DNA of 64,000 nucleotides, from NCBI GenBank assembly GCA_951406725.2, contig OX597819.1:54064001-54128000 (forward strand), in the 5' to 3' direction. The position numbers were made by a program, and so were the translations under genes. Shown piece after piece: positions 27,660-41,688 of this stretch; position 1 is the stretch's first letter, and each line of letters begins with the position of its first letter. The DNA comes from Octopus vulgaris. Its lineage: Eukaryota. A model generated the notes under the pieces. The model did not search any database and was not told the origin of the DNA. It saw only the letters and a program-made list of their open reading frames with translations.

Positions 27660-28192
27660 TCTTTTACTTGCTTCAGTCATTAGACTGTGGCCATGCTGGG
27701 GCACCACATTGAAAAGTTTTGGTCAAGTAAATCAACACCTGTACTTATATTTGTTCACTTTTTTAAATCTGGGACTTATCCTAGCAGTCTCTTTTACTGA
27801 ACCTCTAAGTTATGGGGCATAAACACACCAACACCAGTTGTCAAGCAGTGGTGGGGGACAAACACAAATACACACACATATGTAAAAAGCACCATCCGAA
27901 CATGGCTGATACCAGCGCTGCCTGACTGATGTTCGTGTCGGTGACACATAAAAAGCACCAACCAATCATGGCCGTTCGCCAGCCTCCTCTGGCACCTGTG
28001 CCGGTGGCATGTAAAAAGCACCCACTACACTCACGAAGTGGTTGGTGTTAGGAAGGGCATTCAGCTGTAGAAACACTGCCAGATCAGACTGGAGCCTGGA
28101 GCAGCCTCCTGGCTTCCCAGAACCTGGTCGAACCATCCAACCCATGCTAGCATGGAAAACGGACATTAAATGATGATGATGATGATGATGAT
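27660..28192. mobile_element. SINE family 1 3' half (minus) abutting an RTE tail (plus)
   Basis: Homology to the other copies; (GAT)n end at about 28170-28192. Confidence 0.75.
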
Positions 28193-28706
28193 ATATATAT
28201 ATATATGTATATTCTAAACAAAACTGTCCAATCAATAGGAACGTGAAACTGAGTAACAGCTTTTGTGATATTTCTGCTGCTTTTCAAAAAAGTATATTTC
28301 TATATATATATTAATAAGAATAAAGAGTATGGAAACTTATACAGCCACAAAATTTATTTTATAGTTATATACATCATATGTTTCTGCTACAGTAACTATT
28401 CACTGTTGCATGCAATATTGTCGGAGCAGCTTTATTAAGTTCCATCCATTTGTTCATCCTCAAAGTGAACTGATTGAAGTAAATTTTGTTAGTTAGTAAT
28501 CTGTGGGAGATGGGTGTATGTGAGATGTGTTGTTATTTATAGGTATGTGCTGTTGATCTCAACGTCACCCATCATTGTCCGAAGTTAAGGCTTGGTCTTA
28601 AAATAGGATATGGTCAAGATTATTGTTTTTGTAAGGCTTTTTGTTTTAATGGTTGTGTGTGTTATGTTTTTGGTTTTAAGTGTAGTGCTTGTATTGAAGG
28701 GTTCAC

Positions 28707-28748
<42 letters not shown>

Positions 28749-28914
28749 GTATATATATATAGAGAGAGAGAGACAGAGACAGAGAGAGCAATAAGAAAAT
28801 GGAGGTGATCAATAGATGATTCATCAACTTTTAGACATTATATTATGTCAACTTATTTATTTACTAAAATGACAATTACAAGAATATACATACATGTTTA
28901 ACATGAGGAGACCC

Positions 28915-29247
28915 CCCCCCCCCTTCGGTCATGAATGACCATGGGACTGCACCTAGAAAGTTACCCTCCGAGGCACAAGTCCAGGCAAGGTTGTTTATAG
29001 AAGGCCAGCGGTCGCCCATGCAAACCAGCCTCCCCTCTCCACACCACTGGTGTTATCCAAGGGAAAGGCAAAGGCCGATACAGCTTGGCACCAGTGAGGC
29101 TGCAACTCATTTCTACCGCTGAGTTAACAGGAGCAACGTGAAATAAAGTGTCTTGCTCAAGAACACAACACGCAGCCTAGTCCAGGAATCGAACTCACAA
29201 CCTCACAATTGTAAGTTTGACGTTCTAATCACTGAGCCATGTGCCTT

Positions 29248-29250
<3 letters not shown>
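28915..29250 (-). mobile_element. tRNA-derived SINE, family 3 (V-domain-like)
   Basis: Minus strand has A/B boxes (tggctcagtg...gagttcgattcc) and GTGTTCTTGAGCAAGACACTTT; second copy at 63185-63497. Confidence 0.8.
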
Positions 29251-29281
<31 letters not shown>

Positions 29282-30789
29282 CTGTATGTATGTATGTGTG
29301 TGTATGGTGTGTGTGTGTGTGGTGTGTATGTATATATACAATGGACTTCTTTCAGTTTCTTAAGTTGGCCCCAGGCTATAGTAGAACACACTTGCCTAAG
29401 GTGTCACATAGCGGGATTAAACCTAGAACCATGTAGATGGGAATCAAACTTCTTACCACACAGCCACATATGTTAATGATTTTATTCTGAATGTAAGCAT
29501 TCAGGCCAGGTCTTCTATTTGAGAACACTTTACTTCTCTCTTCCCAACAAGTCTTGAAGGTCCTGGAGAGGGTCTTTGGTACTGGCTTCCCTCTTATCTA
29601 AAAGACTAAAAACGTTAAAAAAATATTATTCTGCAGGATAAATGCACTTAAAAAAACACTGTACAAGAATAAAAACCTGTCATTTGGCAGTTTTAGGCAT
29701 ACACTTCTTGTTACATAGTGTGCGTCTGACCTAGGGTGGGGTATTGCGATAGACAATAGATCTGATAAACCACTATTCTATGCAGAAACAAGTAACATGC
29801 TTATATGCTTTACAAGCAAGATGCTAAAAGAGATATTTGCTCAAAGTAGCTTCATTTATATGCATGTGGCTGACATAACTCAAATCATATTGAAAACATG
29901 CAGTGTTGTAAACAAATCTGAAATGCTGCATACTTCAATGACACTTTGGGAGCAGAATTCTCTACACAAAAGTGATAGACAATTTCTGAAACTCTTAAAA
30001 GTACTGAATAGATAATGTAATTAGTTAAACAGTTGGATCAGCTAATCAAGTCTCTTCTTCAATATATTCTTTGTTATCCTTGTATGCATTGATTTATTTC
30101 TTTAGTAAATTCCAGTTAGATTATATATTTTATATATACATTAATGCTCTAACCTCAGATTAGGTAAACCGAACTCTTTCTGTGGCCTTTGCATAAAGAT
30201 ACATTCATAATTATTAGTCAATTTGTTACTTTTTAACCAACCAACTAAACAATCACTTGCTTAATCAGTCATTTAAATAACCAATCAGCTATCTGTCAAA
30301 GTCTTTTTGCTGCCATTTGCAACCTCATTGATGAATACACACGCTCTCCTCCAGATTTACTTTGAATCCCCATGAGTGATTGTTTAACTGACTGATTTAG
30401 CAAACAATTGATTAGTTTGTTGATTAAATAACTAACCAACTGACTAATAATAAAGAAGTGAAATTGAACCAGTGTCTGTATTTATTATGGTGTTATGGCC
30501 CTCCCAAGATACAGCAAATTTGTTTCAGTACACAAGTATACATCAAGAATCTTTCAAACCAAATACAAAAAGAAAATACATTCTTAATGTATATTTGATG
30601 GATATTTACACATACATGCAGTGCCCCACACACACATATCATCATCATCATCATCCACATCCTCCTTCTCATCATCATCAACATCATCGTCACCATTGTC
30701 ATTATCATTGACAAAAGCAAAACCTCAGCTTTCCATGTTGACATGGTTCGCACAAATCATTAGGGTTTGAGTTAATTCTTAATGGAGAT

Positions 30790-31588
30790 CATTATAGAGA
30801 CAGCCCTAATGGGGACCAATGAGGAGAGCAGTAGCACCATCAGTAATGAGGATGAGGAAGATGATTTCTTCAGCAACATCACTTGGTTCTGGGAAATCAG
30901 GAGCCACAGGTCACTGAAGTTCAAGGTGCAGAACTTGGTGAAGACCTGACTGGAGGCCATCTCAAAGGCAGTCCTAACTGAAGTCGCTTTTTTGAGTGAG
31001 CAGGTCTTGATCAACTATTCACCAACTGTAATATTTCCATCCCATCTAATGCTGTATTTGAGCACCTATTCTTTATAGGCAAAGATATTTTGAGGGCCAA
31101 GAGAGCCACCCTATCAGATGGTAACTTTGAGATGCTGATATTTATGAAGGGTAACCAGCATCATGTTGAGGCAATGGAAGAAGGCCCAGCCAGGGTAGTG
31201 CACTTTGATCATCATCAGATCTTGGCATGATACCTATACTATACTCTTTTGATTTGTTTAATACTTTTTGTACAGTAAATAAAGTGTATGTTGACTGAAA
31301 AACTAATGTTTCATTTCATTTGTTCATTTAATTATTTGCATAAACCTTGATCATCATCTGATCTTGGTATACTATACCTTTTTGGAAAGCTCTATGTCTA
31401 AGCTACATGAAAATTTCAGCTCTCTAGGTCTGTTTTTAAGGGTTTTAGAGACCCCATAAAACCAAACCAAATCTAAATTCATATAATAAAGTTAGCAATT
31501 ACTAGTTAACATTAGCTTCAGCTAATTTTTTAGTTAGCAGATTAGCAGTTAGCAATGCTAACTTCTTGGTTAGCTGTGCCCACCACTG
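30790..31588 (+). mobile_element. hAT transposon 3' remnant (dimerisation domain and right end)
   Basis: PSNAVFEHLFFIGKDILRAKRATLSDGNFEMLIFMKGN resembles the hAT C-terminal S.AVERLFS motif; TTAGC subterminal repeats; ends gtgcccaccactg. Confidence 0.8.
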
Positions 31589-32253
31589 TACATATATATA
31601 TATATATATATATTTGTACATATGTAAATTTGTGTGTGTGTGTGGAAACCATGCCAAATCAGATTAGAACCTGGTGCAGATCTCTGGCTTACCAGTTCCA
31701 GTCAAACCATCTAACCCATGCCAGCATGGAAAGTGGATGTTAAATGAGGATGATGATGATGATGATATATAGTACTTAATCAAATACTTATCTGCTGTCT
31801 AACCATCCCTTTCCATTGAAAAATTGAAAGCAAAATGTATAACTGGAAAATTGTTATTTGTTTTACCGTAAATAAATTTTTACATTAAGGAGCAGCATCT
31901 CAACCTTGATATGTTTGTATATACTGTACTTTTATATTAAATTTCTTCTATTTTTATGAGGTTTTTGAATATAACCAATCATAAGTCCTTGTTACAGTAT
32001 TCTTGTACTAATGTACAAATGTGTCTAAGTTTGCATGTTAACTTTGATAAAGGTATTCCAGTCATGACCACTCTTACTTATTCACATAGTGTATCAGGAC
32101 AACATTTGCCAATGTTTCCTTCCGTTTTTATCCTAAGATTTTAGAAATGAGATTGAAGATGAATTAGTTGCTTTTTCTAACATGTCGTATATGTTATTTC
32201 TAGCATGTCCATTTAGCTAGTAAATGTTTGTGTAGTATCTGCATATGTGTTGT

Positions 32254-32598
32254 GGGATCTAGGACTTTTCATCTAAAACACTTCAGTCTAATGCACTATG
32301 ATCTAAAGAACATTGGTCTAAAGTGATTTTTGTATAAATACACTATAGTCGAAAGACATTTTCGTTTAAATGCCCTTCAGTATAAAGACATTTTTGTCTA
32401 AATTCATTTTGGTCTAATAACTATTTTGTCTATAGAATCTCAAAAAAAAAAAAAGAAGTAAAAAATCTAAATAACTATACTCTGATAATCCCATTTGTCT
32501 TTAGATGAAAATGCTTAGACAAAAGTGTCTTTAGACGAAAATGCTTTTAGACCAATGTGTCTTATACTAAAGTGGTTTAGACCAAAGTGCCGTATCCC
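32254..32598. mobile_element. Foldback-like non-autonomous DNA element
   Basis: GGGAT...ATCCC ends; internal ~20-bp repeats (cattt.gtctaaa) on the left mirrored by (tttagac.aaa.tg) on the right. Confidence 0.7.
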
Positions 32599-35500
32599 AT
32601 GTTGTGTATGCATGTATGTTATATATGTATCTACATTGTGTCCCTATGTATAATGTAGTGTGTAAGTTTGTGTGTGTGTGCATGCGTGCATGCATGTGTG
32701 TGTGTGTGTGTGTGTGTAATGGGAGATAGTCTGACCACTCAAATAGAAAATTTAATGGATTAAATTTTTAAAAGAACAGTGTAGAAGCTGCTTCATTTCC
32801 TTCATTTGTCCTTCCACACGTGCATTCCATAATGTTGTTTGATTTTATTAAAAAGGCTAATCCTTCACAATACTCGATATGGATCAGACAAAGGAATTGT
32901 GTAGAGAAGCAAGGTCCAATTTTATTTAACCCTAGGTTGGCCCAGGTCAAACTAACTTTGATCAAAAGCATTCTAACTGTGACCATACAGTAGTCTTCTT
33001 ATTTTTTTCCTGATAAAATGTATCTTCAGCATTTTTTCCTCTGTAAAGGCAGCAGAGTTTGATATGAAGGAGATAACGCTACTATTACAAGCAGGTCAAG
33101 TGACCATTGTTGAGCAGTCGATCATGAATAGATTGTGACCTACATGACCTTCTGAATAGCAGAGCTTATGAAACGTTACCTTGAATTTATTTTTTTGTAG
33201 TGTAACCCACCTGAAGATGAATCATGTCTCATGTGATCTGCTTGTTGACAAAAGGCTGCCTATGCCTCATGTAGAAACTCCTTTGCTGAAATTTCTTGAA
33301 TGATTTGCTTTTAAGCTTTCTACAGTAAATATAACCTATCAGTGAAAGAGATGTCACTAGACTTGTGCAATTCCTGAGATTAATTTTATGGCAGTGATTT
33401 CAAAAATTTTTAATGTTTCCACTCCTACTCTTAGTAATAAAAATTACTTTGAAACAACAATGGTATCTATTACAGATTAACCAATTGTAATCAACTAAGC
33501 ATGTTTCTTCTTCCACTATCTCTCTTTTTACCTTTTTTGTTATCACTGGAATTTTACTATTGAAACTATTTGTCTTTTCTATAACAGTGTTTAAAAAATA
33601 GTTCAAACAAATCAGAATTATTATTCAACAACTTAACTGCATCATCCATACAATATTTTAACAAAGTCTCTATTCTTGTCATAAAGCATGTGAGAAACCT
33701 TTCATACTAGATAAAATAGTAACAAAATGCTTTCAGTTTTAGGCTTTTAGTTGTAGCTTTGCTATAAATATATAATAAACCATATGTGCTTTAAACTCAT
33801 GAAACTGCATTTGATTCTGTTTCAGGATTGCTAATTTTTACTATTTTTAATATGTATTTTCTTTCTGTACATACAATGAATACAGCGATAATGATAGGTT
33901 TAAGAAGCTAGGTAGACACAAATGACAGAATGATGTCTCAATAAAACAAATTGGAAAATAAGCATGAAAAAAATGTTACAATTCAACAGGAAAATAGTTT
34001 TTTTTCCACTGTCTATATAAGTACTTTTATGTTTAAAATAACATAATCACTTAAAAGTCTGCAAGTGCATGAATATGTATATGTGTGTGTGAAAGAGAGA
34101 AAGAGAGAGAGAATGTGTGTGTGAGTGCATGTGTTTGTAGTAACTATGTGCAGGTGCATGGATATATGAGTATGTGGATATGTACATAAGTGAAATGGTT
34201 GTCATTACCCATCATGCTACATAGTATACTCTCAATTAATTCTTAAGCTAGACGCTAAAAATACTTCTAAATAGAGTTCTTTGTTTTTATAGATTCACTC
34301 TGGGGGCTAAGAGATGTGAGAATATTTCCACTGAGGTAATACCTGTCTACACTCCTTTTGAGGAGATGCTCATATGTTTTCAGTAACAATTACTCTACCT
34401 TCTCCTCTACGAGGAATTTATTCCTAAACTATTTCTGAACTCCAGTGTCATACTTGTTGCTTCTTCTGAATATGTCCATGTGCCCTCGACACAGTGGTAC
34501 CAGAAACTGCAGAAGAAACCCTCGCTGTTGCTATTTTTAAGGTTTCTGATATAGATCATTGTAAATTCTAGCTTCAGACTGCTGCAGAAAATTTAAGAAC
34601 CCTGTGCAGTCACACGTGGATAGGGCTGTAAGTTTATTTTCATAGGGTGGTACTGGGAGGAGATGGAAAATGTGAGTTGTTCCAATTTTAGAAATCTTAT
34701 TAGTATAGCAGCTTCTGAAATTGATGAGGGAATATGTTCAAAATTGACATACTTTCTTCTTACTTTATGCTGAAAAATGTATGAAAGTGCAAAAATATAT
34801 TAAATTTTTCATCATTTGTAAATCTGTTATATTCAAAAATGAAGTAAGTTATATGATATAATTAAAAATAAGCAAATCAACTAAAAGAAGAGACTAATTG
34901 GTTATACCTGTCTAAGTAATATAAGAACTCAGAAGCTTTACTTAGGTTTAAGCAGTACATATGATATATCCAAGACGTTCTAACTTATAGGTAAAAGAAG
35001 ACATGCCACAATACTGAGCAAAAATAATCTCATGTGAGGTGAGTTAGACGAAGCTTCAGTGTGTTGTGGGATGCTAGTGGGTGGTGACGATTATTATTAT
35101 TGCTGTTAGTACGTTTTCTTCTTTTTTTATTATATGTGATATAGGAAAATCCTGTTACCTTGTGATAATATCTGGATTTATAATTAGCTTTTTGAGAATC
35201 TTTAAAAGGAGATTAAATGTCAGTCCTAATGTAAGAATTACCTATCAAATTAGGTATAAAGTAAGAGAGAATGAAATCAATTTTAATTCAACTTCAAGAT
35301 TTTAATCTAAACAGGTAATGAACTGCAGATAAATGGAAGTAATGAGTACTAACACTTGATTTGGTATTAAAAATTAATAGGTAGTAAAGGAAGAGGCCAC
35401 ACAGGTGAGATTAACGGTTCATAGATTTTATGTTCAAATTAGCTGCAAGCCTTTTGTGTCCCTAAATTCACCTGTTGAGAAAAGTACCCGATATTCTGTG

Positions 35501-35974
35501 AATGTTACCTGTGACATACTGGCATCTTACCAGGGGATAATTCAGAGAACTATGTTTAACCTGAGTCTTATGAAACTTTCAAAGTTTTTGAAACAAGTGA
35601 TCTGGTGGTCTCAGTGCTGGAGGTGGTGGGGATTTATCTCCCCGCTAGCGATATAAACAAGAGTGCATTTGCACCAAAAACCAATATGAGAGTTTCTCTT
35701 GGGGTAACTACTGCAGTACAGCTTGTTCTAATAGAACATTCGCAATTAAGTGGGGACAAAATTACCTCTCTGTATTAATACTGTTTCTGACGCTAATATA
35801 AATCTTTTTAACAAGCCCACTGGTTAATCACAACACTAGCGCCTGTTCTGAAACTGTTGTTTTATATATTGATGGTGGGAAGATGAATCACTGATATCCC
35901 TACTGATTGAGCATCCGTCATTGACAAGACCAAGGAAGATTGATATCATATGATCTGCTTGTCTCAGTACTGGA

Positions 35975-36352
35975 GGTGGCATGGCTGTGGGGTAAGAAGC
36001 TTGCTTCCCAACCACATGGTTCCTGGTTCAGTCCCACTGTGTAGTACCTTGGACAAGAGTCTTCTATAGCCTCAGGCAGACCACAGTCTTGTGAGTGAAT
36101 TTGGTAGACAGAAAGTGTAAGAAGCCCATCATATATATATGTATTTGTGTGTCTGTGTTTGTCCCCACTACTATCGCTTGGCAACTGAGGTTGGTGTGTT
36201 TACATCCCTGTAACTTAGCAGTTCAGCAAAAGAGACTGATGCAATATGTACTAGATTTACAAAGATTAAGTCTTGGGGTCGATTTGTTCAACTAAAGGCA
36301 GTGCTCCAGCATGGCCGCAGTCAAATGACTGCGACAAGTAAAAGAGTAAAAG
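35975..36352 (+). mobile_element. tRNA-derived SINE, family 1, near full length
   Basis: ggcatggctgtggggtaagaag...ggttcagtccc head, internal (TA)/(TG) tract, GTAAAAGA-type tail. Confidence 0.85.
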
Positions 36353-36490
36353 AGACCATTTTGTACCAAAAGCCAATATATGAGTTTGTCCCATGGTAAC
36401 TACCATAGTATAGTTTGTTCTTACAGAACATCCACGTTTAAGTGGGGATAAATATTGCCTCTTGGTGTTAATATTGATTATATTGCTAAT

Positions 36491-36801
36491 GTGGAGGCGC
36501 AATGGCCCAGTGGTTAGGGCAGCGGACTCGCGGTCGGAGGATCACAGTTTCAATTCCCAGACCGGGCGTTGTGTGTGTTTATTGAGTGAAAACACCTAAA
36601 GCTCCACAAGGGGCTGGTGGCAACCCCAGTTGTACTCTTTTGCCCCAACTTTCTTTCACTCTTTCTTCCTGTTTCTTGGGTAATGCTGCGATGGACTGGT
36701 GTCTCATCCAGCTGGAGGGAACACATATGCCACAGAAACCGGGAAACCGGGCCCATAAGCCTGGCTAGGCTTGAAAAGGGCGCATAAATAAAAATAAAAA
36801 A
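36491..36801 (+). mobile_element. Young tRNA-derived SINE, family 4, with 12-bp TSD
   Basis: A box TGGCCCAGTGG, B-box-like gtttcaattccc, A-rich tail; TATATTGCTAAT duplicated at 36479-36490 and 36802-36813. Confidence 0.9.
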
Positions 36802-37299
36802 TATATTGCTAATATATATTTTTTTAACAAGATGAGTGGAAAATATTTCTGATCATTAACTACAAAATAAATGCACAATACTAAGCATGATGCTGTAAAG
36901 ATAATTTGATTTTGTAATGTTCGTGCTTCTGTGGAATGATCATCATAATTTAAGTGAAATAGCTTCAATTGACAATCCAATCTATATCACAGATTCAGTT
37001 ATCAAGAGCTCATCTCTTTTCTAAGTAGTTTACAACCAAACAACAAAAATTGGTTTTGATTGACTAAGCACAAGTTTATTGCCACAGAGAGTGAGTATAG
37101 TCCATTGAATTGATTCCAGTATATTAAATGTATTTATGTTAGTGAATTAAAAGTAATGGAATTTAATGTCAATCACAGCAGGATTTCAATTCAAAAATGT
37201 AAAGTACATAAAGCATTCAATTTTATTTCTCTCCTGTCTCAGCTGTGTCCACCATACTTAAAAAAGAAAAAGAAAGCCTAAAAGCTATGACAGTATTTG

Positions 37300-37650
37300 A
37301 TTATTTTACTAGTTTCTGTCATTGGAGTGTGGCCATGCTGGGGTACCACCTTAATGGGTCTAGTCAATCAAATAAATTCCAGTACTTATTTTTAGTCTGG
37401 TTCTCATTCTGGGAATCTCTTTTCGCCAAAGCGCTGAGTTATAGGTATGTCAACAAACCAACACTGACTGCCAAACATTGAGAGACAAATATACACACAT
37501 GGTAAGCTTCTGAATAGTTTCTCCTATCAAATTCACTCAAAAGACCTGGAGTGACAGTAGAAAACACTAGCCCCAAATACCTCATAGTGGGAATGAACAT
37601 GAAACTATATGGTTGTAAAGCAACCTTCTTAACCACATAGCCAGGCCTGT
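37300..37650 (-). mobile_element. SINE family 1, degenerate
   Basis: Reverse-complement homology to 35975-36352. Confidence 0.7.
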
Positions 37651-38904
37651 GCCTATATCTCTATACTTCTATCAGAAAATAAACGGCATTTGTCAGAAAT
37701 GCATTATCAATAGCAAATAAAAGCTGAAGAGGATTGGTTTGGAGTTTTTTTGTTTTTGCTTTTTTTTTTGTAGATATTTAACAAACATTTAGACTTTGCA
37801 TGCTTCAAGTCTTATTCTACACATATCTTGTATTTTTTAAACTTTATTCTTACTCTTAAATATATTTTGATCATTTGGTACACCTATTTTATCATAAACA
37901 TGTCTTTTCTTTGTGTATAAGAGTACAAGGAATTATGAATATGAATAATAATAACAATAATATATTATTTTATGCATTACGGTATTACGTCTACAATGAG
38001 TTTAAAAAAACAGTGAGTAATTGTTTAGTTTAAGTAGAGGTCACTCCTCGTGGTTTCTCCTTAAAGTATGTTGTTTGTTATTCTAATAGGAATAACAAAT
38101 GAGATCTTTGATAATGAATGACTTTCTGACGTATCCAAAAGTTAAGAAAACTTATTCGAAAAATTTAAAAACAAAACATTACCAAAAATTTCAATGTCAT
38201 TTTGTAGATAGTTTCTTAATTATCTTATAATGATATTGATTTCTTTCCCCCACTAGATACATAAGTCTTTAGAAGATATATGCAGTGAATAGGCTTTACA
38301 TGGGAATTGAAGCCATGACACAGTCTCTGTTTTCTGGGAACATGGCTTTTATTTCTACAATTCTCACCACATGTTTCTTTAATGGTATTGATTTCTTCAA
38401 ACCTCAAAGTGCTTTTATGATATTTGTGCTTTTTTCAAAGGTATGTTAGTAAAGTGAAATTGCTACAGCTGAAAATTGAAACCAAGTTTAGAACTTGGCT
38501 CATTGGGAGCACATCTCTTGCTCTATGATGCTTCCTAAATTTAATAGTAGTGTGTTTGCTTACAATTTAAGTCCCTTTTGGTATCATATTCCCAGGAATT
38601 TACTGAAAATTGTTGCTATCATGTGTTTTCAAGAGAAAAGCAAACTGGCAGAGGTAGAGTCCATGTTTCTCTATAAGACAGCCATATTTCTTGAAATTTG
38701 AACCCCATACCACAAGCTAATGAAACATAGGTCTTATGATGCTTATAACAGAGTGATGCTCCACCCATGGTACTTGTTTGTAGTTAGGTATAATGGTACT
38801 ATCTGAAGATTAATTGTCTCAGCCAAGGGCACTGTGGATCATTAACGACAGGATTCAAAACTATCAATCTTTCAACCAGCTTATTGATGGATTCTCATAA
38901 TAAT

Positions 38905-39115
38905 GTTGGTTTCTAATTTTGGCACAAGGCCAATAATTGGCAGGAAGAGCCAAGTCGATTCAATAACCCCAGTACTCAACTGGTACTTATTTTATTGACC
39001 CTGAAAAGATGAAAGGCAAAGCCAACCTTGGTGGACTTTGTACTGAGAACTCAAAGATGGATGAAATGCTGCTAAGCATCTTGCCTTGATGCTAACAATT
39101 CTGCCTGCTCGCTGC
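38905..39115 (-). mobile_element. SINE family 2
   Basis: TTTATTGACCCTGAAAAGATGAAAGGCAAAG core. Confidence 0.75.
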
Positions 39116-39388
39116 TTTTAAAATATTGTGTATTACTTTCTAACATATCAGCCAATTTGTCATGTTCTCACCTCATAATAATATTAAAAGCAACATATAA
39201 AAATTTTTGATTGTGACCAGAGAGAATATTTTTCAGTTGATCAAACATTTGGATTCATTCTTATAACAATACTGAGTACACAAGAAGGTAAAGAAAACAT
39301 ATATGCATGATGTGCTTATTATTTAGTGCTTATGTTACACACATATATATACACATGTATATGTAAATGTACATTCAAACATATGCAA

Positions 39389-39425
<37 letters not shown>

Positions 39426-39718
39426 TATTTTTACAAGGATGACAGAGATTTGAGAAGTCTTAACTTAGTTGTCATTGTCAAATGAAAGCAACTAAACAGA
39501 AACTTCAAATTCACTGTCAACCTTTTCCTTATAAGAATAAAATTGATTGAATCAATTAATGTCAGACTGGGTTTTTTTAATATATATAGATACACATAAA
39601 AACAAACACAAACAGACTCACACGCACAAATGCACACACACACATGTTCACACAAATATATGTATACATACCTACATGCATACATACATCCACATACATA
39701 CATACATACATACATACA

Positions 39719-39751
<33 letters not shown>

Positions 39752-41175
39752 CTATGTATATATATACATGTAAATGGTTAATTGTTTAATTACAAAGTGG
39801 ATGTGTCTCTGTGTGATATACAGCACAGCAGCAGAATTTTGTAGTCAGTGCTAATGTTGGGTACACAAAAGGTATGATGAAATACGTATGTTCACCAGGA
39901 ATCAAATCTTCAGGGTACCTGCTGCATTGAAATAGCTAACAGCATGAGCAGTAATAAACTAACAACTATGGGCTACTCAAATGTCTACCCAGAAGTAGTA
40001 GATAAGTTCTCCGGTTGCTGACATCACCAGCTGTAGATACGATGAAATATTAGAGGTGAAGCTACTACCTCTATTCTTAACAAACTATGTAAGTAGTAAG
40101 AAAAGGGATGCTATGCGCAGTAAAGCAAGGGCTATGAATGAAAATTTGTTGTATTTGAAGAGGCTGCATTGAAAAAAAGCAAAAAATTAGCTTCCTCTTT
40201 ATGACAAAACAATACATTATCTTAAATTTGTCAACCCCTAAGGCCCATGTTCTCAGTGGTGGTGTAATATCCTTATATATGAAACTACATACAATCATCA
40301 ATTACAAATATACTGTTTAGAGCTGAGCTACACACTTATTCTATATTTGGCAATGTTGTATTTGTCAGACCACCTTTCTTCACTATGTCCATGGATATCA
40401 CCAAGATTTCAACCAATGGGTTTCTCAGTTATCAAAATGCATAACCATTTAATATGTAAAAAGCACAAAATTAAAATAATTGTTAGAAAGTAATAATCAT
40501 ATTTGCAAGGATGTTTGTGGGTAACAATGTTATCTGAACTTGTTGAAACTCCCCTGGGTACATATGTGACATCTATAATGACGAGCCAATGAGGGTGTCA
40601 CTATGTGGACATTTAACCTACAAGAAATAGCAACCATATTTTCATTAAACCACACCCTGCTGTCTTCTAAAAGAGAACACATTGGAGTCAATGAAGGCTA
40701 TCCTACATAATGCTAGGAAAAAAACATAGAAGATAGGATGGTCAAAGCTTGAATGCTTTCATCATAAGTCTATTCAATCAGGGCTAACTTGCAGCTAACT
40801 AACAAAACAACTATAACATCCATTGTATCCTACTCCCGAGAATTACAGGATAAATACCAAACTCTTTCTCATACGCTGTTAAATCACTGACACATTCACT
40901 TTGTGCCAAACTTATTTTTTTTATTTCTATGTTAACTTTTACTTGCTTCAGTCATTGGACTGTGACCATGCTGGGGCACTGCCTTAAAGATTTTAATCAA
41001 ACAAATTGACCCCAGTACTCCATGAAACCCAATACTCAAAAAGTGATTTTTATGTGCCATTGACACAGATGCTAGTTACGCGACACCGGCATCGACCACA
41101 TTGCCTCTGTGAGGCCCAACACTCAAAAGGTGCTTTTTACATGCCTCTGGCAGGGTGCTAGTTATGTGACATTGG

Positions 41176-41231
<56 letters not shown>

Positions 41232-41449
41232 ATATATGTGTATATATATATATCATCATCATCATCATCATCATCGTTTAGCATCCGCTTTCCATGCTAG
41301 CATGGGTTGGACGGGTCAACTGGGGTCTGTGAAGCTGGAAGGCTTCGTCAGGCCCAGTCAGATCTGGCAGTGTTTCTATGGCTGGATGCCCTTCCTAACG
41401 CCAACCACTCCGCGAGTGTAGTGGGTGTTTTTTACGTGCCACCTGCATG

Positions 41450-41486
<37 letters not shown>

Positions 41487-41500
41487 GTATATATCTCTCT

Positions 41501-41656
41501 CTCTCTCACTGGCTCAAACACAGTATATATTTATATTTTCACAATCCTCATCATTGATATAATCCGGCCAACCATTTTGTAGCCATTTTCTATTCCAGGA
41601 GTGACTGTTCCTGTTTCAGACACAAAACTACAGCTGCATGGAAATATAATTAAAAA
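41501..41656. repeat. Direct duplication, copy 1 (exon-like module)
   Basis: Identical by eye to 42945-43100 (offset 1444 bp). Confidence 0.9.
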
Positions 41657-41657
41657 C

Positions 41658-41688
<31 letters not shown>

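Noticed and set aside
28370-28470. Degenerate hammerhead on the minus strand (TTGAGGA...GAAACATATG)
   Set aside because: U16.1 and stem I are not preserved; too many changes are needed.
36493-36565. tRNA gene
   Set aside because: The tRNA-like head has no complete cloverleaf and continues into a SINE body with A-rich tail and TSD.
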